Made by a program: the position numbers and the translations under genes. A stretch of 64,000 nucleotides of DNA from assembly GCA_046290225.1 (NCBI GenBank), contig JBKAGE010000036.1, positions 320,001-384,000 of the forward strand. Reading direction: 5' to 3'. The stretch is from Bradymonadia bacterium (GTDB lineage: Bacteria > Myxococcota_A > Bradymonadia > UBA7976 > UBA1532). Below the pieces are notes generated by a model. That model saw only the letters and a program-made list of their open reading frames with translations. It did not search any database and was not told where the DNA came from. Each line of letters starts with the position of its first letter. Positions within the stretch are counted from its first letter, which is position 1. Below are positions 58,029-64,000 of the stretch, piece by piece.

Positions 58029-58277
58029 GGAATCTCTCTGCAGGTGGCCACCCTGATCCCGAGGTCACAGATGGCCACTCCAGTGGCCACCCACAAAACG
58101 CTCCAAAGGGCTCTGTAAAGGGGTGGTCAGGATGTTGTGAAAGGGCAAACAACTGAATTCAAGTGCCTTTTTACAAAATGCCCGAGCAGGACGCCACTGG
58201 AACGTGATGTGCATTCCTCATTGGTCATGTTTCGGCGCGGCCACTGGCCCCGCCACCTTCGACTCCGGGAGAGCATC

Positions 58278-60005
58278 ATGGCCCTTCAGCGCAGCACTCA
58301 GCTCAACCTTCTCTATGCACTGACGCTGGTCTTCGCCGCCGGTTGCGCCGGGGGCTCGGATGACGCCGGCCTCCCTACGGCCCCCGGGTCGGAGCAGATG
58401 GGTCCCGGGATGCCTGGGGCGGAGCAGCCTCCGGGCAACGAAGATCCCGGCGGCGATCGCGTGGCCCCTGGGGTGCGGCAGCTGGTCATCGACGGCCAGC
58501 TCAGTCACCTCGCCACCTTTGGTGAGCGCGTGGCCCTGCCAGTGTTCTACCTCGACTCCGCCGACGCCCCCATCGCCAACCAACGCGTCACCGCCCGCCT
58601 GCTCGACGCCCCTGGGGGCACCGACTTGGGCCCCGCAGCTGACGGCAGCGGCCTGGGCAGCACCCAGGTCACCACCGACGCCGCAGGCCTGGCGACCTTC
58701 GAGCTGCTCGCCGGCGCTGTGGACACCCGCTTCACCATCGAGGCCAGCGCCGATGGCGCCGCGCCGGTGTACTGGACCATCGCCGTGGGCGCCGCCCCCG
58801 GTGGCAGCCTCACCGTGATCATCGAGGCCAGCGCCGCCCCTGACCACGCCTATGTGGGCCTGCACCAGTCCCCAGGCTGCAACGCCGCTGAAGGCGGCGC
58901 TCCGGCCATGCAGCAGGTGGGCCCGGTGGACCTCCAGCCCCCGACCACCTCGGTGAACGTGGGCGATCTCGCCGCCGGTGTTGTGGTGAGCGTGGCGGTG
59001 ACGGGGCATGACGCCAGCGGACAGGCCGTGGCCTTCGGCTGCGTCGATGGGGTGCAGATCAAAGGCAGCGACGAGACGGTGGTCCGTGTGACCATCGACG
59101 ATGCCCCCCTCAACGTCGGCGGCACCTTCGCTGTGGTGCACAACTTCGACCTGACCCAGGCCCTCGGTGAGAACGCCGTGCTCCGGACCATCGGCGAGAT
59201 CGGCGGCGGCAACGTGAGCCGGGGCAGCGCCCTGGTGGATCTGCTCTGTGACAACATCGAGCTCAACGACATCATCTGCATTGGCCTGCGGGCCATCGGT
59301 GGCGGGGTCATCGACAACCTCATCGACACCCAGGTACCCCCTGAGACCCTCGAGGCCCTCGACGCCCTGGGCGATCTCTACGACGCGGTCTCGGACCTTA
59401 CGGTGCACGGGCAGATGACCCTCACCACCCCCAACGGCGACCGCCTCAGCGGCAACACCCAGCGCTGGACGGAGCTGAGCTTCCAGTGGCGTGACGGTTG
59501 CCCCTTCGACGATCCTGCCCAGTGCATGAACACCTTCTCCATGGCGGATCTCGAGGTGCCCGGGGGTGCCGTGGAAGGCACCTTCGAGGCCAGCCTCTCC
59601 GGCGAGACCCAGGTGAGCATCGAGTCCCACGTGATGCCCCTGCCCTACGGCACCGCGGTGCGGGTGGCGGCAGAGTACTGGGTGCTCCCCAACGCTCTGG
59701 GCCGCGGCGGCCCGGTCACCGTAGAAGACGTGGTGGCCGACCTGGTGCCCTGCGCCGCCCTCGCAGCGCAGGTCCCCGTGCTCTCTCAGGATTTCTGTGA
59801 AGACACCATCATCACCGCCCTTGCCGACCTGATCTACGACCAGTTCAGCCAACTCAACCCAGGCCTCGAGGGCATGCAGCTCTCGGGCACGGTGCAGACG
59901 GTGGATACGACGGGGAACCGTCAGGCGGATCGCCTGGAAGAAGGCATGTGGAACGCCACGGTCGATGGCCTCGGCGCAGTGACGGGGGTCTTCGGCAGTC
60001 GCTGA
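58278..60005 (+). CDS. Large lipoprotein with an Ig-like (Big-1-like) domain
   Basis: GGAG RBS; lipobox AAGC; VTTDAAGLATF Big-1-like motif; several Cys pairs. Confidence 0.75.
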   Translation: MALQRSTQLNLLYALTLVFAAGCAGGSDDAGLPTAPGSEQMGPGMPGAEQPPGNEDPGGDRVAPGVRQLVIDGQLSHLATFGERVALPVFYLDSADAPIANQRVTARLLDAPGGTDLGPAADGSGLGSTQVTTDAAGLATFELLAGAVDTRFTIEASADGAAPVYWTIAVGAAPGGSLTVIIEASAAPDHAYVGLHQSPGCNAAEGGAPAMQQVGPVDLQPPTTSVNVGDLAAGVVVSVAVTGHDASGQAVAFGCVDGVQIKGSDETVVRVTIDDAPLNVGGTFAVVHNFDLTQALGENAVLRTIGEIGGGNVSRGSALVDLLCDNIELNDIICIGLRAIGGGVIDNLIDTQVPPETLEALDALGDLYDAVSDLTVHGQMTLTTPNGDRLSGNTQRWTELSFQWRDGCPFDDPAQCMNTFSMADLEVPGGAVEGTFEASLSGETQVSIESHVMPLPYGTAVRVAAEYWVLPNALGRGGPVTVEDVVADLVPCAALAAQVPVLSQDFCEDTIITALADLIYDQFSQLNPGLEGMQLSGTVQTVDTTGNRQADRLEEGMWNATVDGLGAVTGVFGSR

Positions 60006-60017
60006 GGTCTGAGCGCC

Positions 60018-60896
60018 TTACTGCTCGGCGCCCGTACCCGTACCCGTACCCGCCCGCACCTTCAGCTGCCCCTTCTTGATGCGCGCCTTCACCTGCTCGA
60101 AGGTCAGCTTGGTGCCCCGACACTTGTAGTCAGGCTTGCTGTTTCGAACCACCTTGTCACCGTAGCGGCTCTTGATCTCGTTGCCAATGTCCTTCATGCG
60201 CCGGTCGCTCGAGGGGTGTGACGACAGGAACTCCGGCATGCCCCCACCCTGCCCTGCGAGGCGCTCGAAGAAGTCCACGAGGCCGTAGGGGTTGTAGCCC
60301 GACTCGAAGGCGATCTGCAGGCCCACGCTGTCAGACTCGGCTTCGTCTTCACGGCTGAACTTGGTGCCCTGCAACAGCCCGAAGATGCCGTTGGCGGCAT
60401 CTTTGGTCAGGCCGTCTTCGAGGAAGAAGCCGGCGATCATGTCCACCGTGTAGGCCGCCTCGATGGACTTCACGCCGTGCTTCTGGGTCACGTGGCCCAG
60501 CTCGTGGCCCATGACCCCTGCCACCTCGGCGCAGCTGCCGGCCTGCAAGATGAACCCGGTGGAGAGGTAGGTGAAGCCTCCAGGGGCGGCAAAGGCGTTC
60601 ACCAGCTCGTTGTCGGCGATGACCTCCACCTTGTAGCCCCCGATGTCGTCGGGGTTGCGGAACGGCTTGCTCGAGGGCACGAGGCCCTTCACGAGCTGCC
60701 GCGCCCACAGCGCCACAGGATCGCTGTCTTCGAGCAGCTTGTACTGCTCTTCCAGGGCCTGGTCGACGCCCTGGCCGATCTCCACCTCTTGTTGATTGGT
60801 GATGAGGCCGCCACAGCCTGTGAGGGCGCCAAAGCCAAAGGTGAGGGCGAGACCGCCCGCGATCCGGATCAGATGTTTCATGTGCATGCTCTTCAT
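60018..60896 (-). CDS. M48 metallopeptidase lipoprotein (BepA/LoiP-like)
   Basis: Lipobox LTGC; NAFAAPGG, HELGH, FSREDEAESD, FLSSHP. Confidence 0.92.
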   Translation of the reverse strand: MKSMHMKHLIRIAGGLALTFGFGALTGCGGLITNQQEVEIGQGVDQALEEQYKLLEDSDPVALWARQLVKGLVPSSKPFRNPDDIGGYKVEVIADNELVNAFAAPGGFTYLSTGFILQAGSCAEVAGVMGHELGHVTQKHGVKSIEAAYTVDMIAGFFLEDGLTKDAANGIFGLLQGTKFSREDEAESDSVGLQIAFESGYNPYGLVDFFERLAGQGGGMPEFLSSHPSSDRRMKDIGNEIKSRYGDKVVRNSKPDYKCRGTKLTFEQVKARIKKGQLKVRAGTGTGTGAEQ

Positions 60897-62440
60897 GCGG
60901 GTTGCTCCTCGGTGATCGCCTTGAGGACGGGGGCCGTGGACAAATAAATCAGGTGGTGATCCGACGGGATCAGGGTCTCGTCGGCGGGGTTGAGCTGCTC
61001 CTGCCCCGTCTCGGGGTGGCGAGTGCCGATGAGCAGCGCCCCCTTCTGCCCTCTCACCTGCTGGGAGAGGGCCTGAAAGGTGAGGGCCTCAGCGCGTTGC
61101 AGCTGCCCGACGTAGAGATTCTGTCGGCCTGCGGAGGCCACCTGGCTCAGGATCGAGCCGCTGCCGGGTACCACGGCGGCATGGGCCATGAGGGAGAAGC
61201 CCAGCCGGGTGGTCTCGATGACCTCGTCGGCGCCAGCGGCCCGGGCGTGGCCCACGTTTTCGGCGTCGAGGACCTCGGCCACCACGTACAGAGGACGTTT
61301 GCGCTCTGCCTTCGGCGGATGACTGCGCACATACCCTCGAAGGGTGAAGGTGGTGAGGATGGTGGTGGCATCGGCCTGCTGAGGGGTGATGCTCCGCGCG
61401 CCGACGATGATCACGCACCCCGCGTCGGAGACCCGCACCTTGTCGAGCTCGCTCTCCTTGGTGGGATCACCGCTCACCCAGGTGAATTCCGGGGGCACGT
61501 CCGGAGGACGCTCACCGGGGGCGAAGACCACCACCGGGGTCTCGGCGAGGCTGATCTCCTCGATGAGCGTGTCCAGCAGCATCCTGGCCCCGGGATCATA
61601 CCCGCAGACCACGATGTGGTTGATGAAGGCCCGCATGCGAAATTGCTCCTCCCTGATCCCGAGCACGATGTGCAGCAAGGTGTGGCTGACGATACCTGCG
61701 AAGAGCGCGAGGGTGAACATGCCCACCACCATGAGCAGGCCGCCGACGATGCGGCCGCCGAGGCTCGCGGGGCTGATGTCGCCATAGCCCACGGTGGTGA
61801 GGGTGACGATGGCCCACCACAGGCCGTCGCCGATGCTCTCGATGTTGCCACTCCCGGACTCTCCCTCGAACAGATAGAAGCTCACCCCGCCGATGAGCAC
61901 GGCGCCGCCGAGCACGCTGAGGGCGAAGAGGAACAACAAAGCGTTGTCGGCAAAGGCCCGCTGCAGGCTCAAGAAGACATCGTGATACCGGAACAGCTTG
62001 CTCGCCCGGAGCAACCGCAACAGCCGGAACGCCCTCAAGGCCCTCAGAGCAGGCACCACGGCGAGCACAGTGAGCAGATCAACGAGCACCATGGGCCGCA
62101 GCAGGAACGTGAGCCGCCCGATGATGTGCACCTTCAGGCGCCCGAGGGGGCTGAGGTGAAAAAAAGTGAGCGCGGGGGGTGACCAGGTCGCCACTCTCAA
62201 GAGCAGCTCGAGCACGAAGATGTAGAGCACGACGTCATCTACGGCAGCCACCCACGAGGCCCCGGCATCTCCTGAAGGGAGCGAGAGTTCCCAGGCGAAG
62301 AGACCGATGGAGAGCACCACCAAAGCGTAGATGAACCACTCCACCTTGGCGTAGAGCGGATCGTGCACATCGTGAAGGGCCCCCCGGATCACCGCCCACG
62401 GGGTCCGGGCATCTTTTGAGGCCGGCAGAGGGTTGACCAT
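60893..62440 (-). CDS. 6TM potassium channel with C-terminal RCK/TrkA-N domain
   Basis: S4 RALRAFRLLRLLR; filter TTVGYGD; HIVVCG, GDPT, AGADEVI. Confidence 0.93.
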   Translation of the reverse strand: MVNPLPASKDARTPWAVIRGALHDVHDPLYAKVEWFIYALVVLSIGLFAWELSLPSGDAGASWVAAVDDVVLYIFVLELLLRVATWSPPALTFFHLSPLGRLKVHIIGRLTFLLRPMVLVDLLTVLAVVPALRALRAFRLLRLLRASKLFRYHDVFLSLQRAFADNALLFLFALSVLGGAVLIGGVSFYLFEGESGSGNIESIGDGLWWAIVTLTTVGYGDISPASLGGRIVGGLLMVVGMFTLALFAGIVSHTLLHIVLGIREEQFRMRAFINHIVVCGYDPGARMLLDTLIEEISLAETPVVVFAPGERPPDVPPEFTWVSGDPTKESELDKVRVSDAGCVIIVGARSITPQQADATTILTTFTLRGYVRSHPPKAERKRPLYVVAEVLDAENVGHARAAGADEVIETTRLGFSLMAHAAVVPGSGSILSQVASAGRQNLYVGQLQRAEALTFQALSQQVRGQKGALLIGTRHPETGQEQLNPADETLIPSDHHLIYLSTAPVLKAITEEQPA

Positions 62441-62478
62441 GGGGCACCTTACATCGACAGGCAGCCGAGGCGAAGACC

Positions 62479-63420
62479 ATGGCCCTTGAACCTCATTCAG
62501 GACACGATCGAGCGGAGATCGCCGCACAACATCGGCGCCACACGCTCCACTCCCTGCTGATCTTGCTGGCCATCGGCGGGGTGCTCACGGGGAGCGCCTT
62601 CCTCGTGGCCGGGCGTCCGGGGGTGCTCCTTGCCGGTGGAGCCCTGGTGGTGACCTTTCTCTTTGCGCCCCGGTTCTCGGGCTCGATGTTGCTGAGGCGC
62701 CTGGGTGGCCAGCCACTCGACCCCTCCGAAGCCCCCTGGCTGTATCGGGCGGCGGCGACGCTCAGCAAGCGCGCGGGCCTGCCTCAACCCCCCATCATCT
62801 ATGGGCTGCCCTCTCAAGAACTCAACGCCGTCACCGTAGACACTGCGGGTCATCGGCCCATCATCGCCATCACCCGGGGCCTCGCCGAGAGCCTCAACCG
62901 CCGACAGATGGCCGGGGTGCTGGCCCACGAGCTCGCCCACCTGCGCAATGGCGATCTCACGTGGCTGCATCTGGCCACGCAAGGCATCCGGCTCACGACA
63001 CTGCTTTATCGGATGGGGCTGTTTTTGATGGTCTTCAGCCTGCCCCTGGCCTTCACGGGCCGCGGCAGGATCCCGCTCCTGGGCGGATTGTTGCTTTTCG
63101 CCGCCCCGGTGGTGGCTCAACTGCTGGCCCTGGCCCTCTCTCGAAGCCGGGAGTTCGATGCCGACGCCGTGGCCGCTGCGCTCACGGGGGATCCTGAAGG
63201 CCTGGCCTCAGCGCTCGAGGCCCTCGAAGGCCGCCAGCGACCTCTCTGGGCCAGGATGATGTGGCCCGCGGGCCAGCCACGCCGCGCAAGCCAGCCCCGT
63301 AATGTGAGCTGGCTGCAGTCTCACCCACCCCCTCAGGAGCGGGCGCGGCGTCTACGGCGTTTGTTGAAATCCCAGCGGCCGCCGAGGTGGTCCCCCTCAG
63401 ATTGGGACGACAGCCTCTGA
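62479..63420 (+). CDS. htpX: HtpX-like M48 membrane zinc protease
   Basis: GVLAHELAHLRNGD, SRSREFDAD, LASAL, SHPP. Confidence 0.85.
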   Translation: MALEPHSGHDRAEIAAQHRRHTLHSLLILLAIGGVLTGSAFLVAGRPGVLLAGGALVVTFLFAPRFSGSMLLRRLGGQPLDPSEAPWLYRAAATLSKRAGLPQPPIIYGLPSQELNAVTVDTAGHRPIIAITRGLAESLNRRQMAGVLAHELAHLRNGDLTWLHLATQGIRLTTLLYRMGLFLMVFSLPLAFTGRGRIPLLGGLLLFAAPVVAQLLALALSRSREFDADAVAAALTGDPEGLASALEALEGRQRPLWARMMWPAGQPRRASQPRNVSWLQSHPPPQERARRLRRLLKSQRPPRWSPSDWDDSL

Positions 63421-63441
63421 CATCTGCGATGCCAGCGTCGC

Positions 63442-64000
63442 TCACTCAGGGCGGGCGCAGAGGCACACCTGGTCTTTTTTGAGCTCACTGCAGGGGATCT
63501 CCCCGTCGTGGGCACAGGTGTCGTTGAGCTCGTTGAAGGCGATGAGGCAGTAGGTGCGGTAGCGGCCACAGACCGTATCGCAGCTCAGCTGTTCGGGATC
63601 TGACCGGCTCAGGACCTCGCAGTAGGGGGTGCCGTCGGTATGGGTCCCTTCTTCGCAGAAGGTGATGCCCTGGCCGACGAAGCCCACACAGCCTTCGGTG
63701 GGCGCGGGGCCGCCGTTGCCGCCACCTCCAGGTACGCCCGCGTCGACCTCTTCACCGATGGCAGGGCCACCACCGACGCTGCACACACCCCCGAGCATGC
63801 AACTGCCGTTGCCTCGACAGGGGGTACCCGGCGGCACCGGCCGCAGGGCGGGCTGGGCGTTGGCGGCGCAGCCCACGAGGGTCTGACACGGCCCTCGGGC
63901 CCGGATGACCTCTTCGCGGCCCTGATCGGCACACTCTGAGGGGTCGTTGACGGTGCGGCACTCGCCCTCGGCGGTGCAGTTGCCACCGTCAGGGAAGCTG
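63442..64000 (-). CDS. 3' end of a Cys-rich (probably secreted) protein running off the right edge
   Basis: The frame stays open from 63876 to the edge (SFPDGGNCTAEGECRT...); many Cys residues. Confidence 0.75.
   Translation of the reverse strand, partial: SFPDGGNCTAEGECRTVNDPSECADQGREEVIRARGPCQTLVGCAANAQPALRPVPPGTPCRGNGSCMLGGVCSVGGGPAIGEEVDAGVPGGGGNGGPAPTEGCVGFVGQGITFCEEGTHTDGTPYCEVLSRSDPEQLSCDTVCGRYRTYCLIAFNELNDTCAHDGEIPCSELKKDQVCLCARPE

Noticed and set aside
60031..60052. Third copy of the element arm (cccgta x3)
   Set aside because: Different hexamer, encodes the GTGTGTG tail of the M48 protein, and lacks the flanking arm sequence.
1..64000. Prophage, transposase, integrase, tRNA or rRNA genes
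   Set aside because: No recognisable motifs or structures were found by inspection.

Overview
GC-rich chromosomal window from a probable Myxococcota/Bradymonadia-type deltaproteobacterium, inferred from a MYXO-CTERM sorting signal, PEGA and Cys-rich surface proteins, eukaryote-like kinase folds and a short bifunctional PutA. About 50 tightly packed CDSs: a Ser/Thr signalling cluster (two apparent pseudokinases, two PP2C domains, a response regulator and a histidine kinase; 0-14 kb), housekeeping genes (tldD-like, pabB, lpxC, htrA-like, tyrS, glk, leuS, putA, ivd, rlmL-like, htpX-like), a CheC/CheY-like/PAS-kinase trio, two GT-C glycosyltransferases, an ECF sigma/anti-sigma/MYXO-CTERM module, a complete MoxR-DUF58-Bat operon and a K+ channel. 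I found no rRNA, tRNA, CRISPR array or transposase. The most unusual signals are non-coding. (1) Two copies of a ~330-bp element with long inverted arms (36397-36728, 41360-41794) bracket the ECF module; their outer ends share orientation while the 143-bp core is flipped, and the arms are homogenised within each copy. (2) An intergenic array at 8882-9064 alternates a constant (CGTCCG)CTACAG motif with different hairpins. (3) A structured intergenic region at 54763-54969. All assignments come from motif recognition by eye; no database searches were run.
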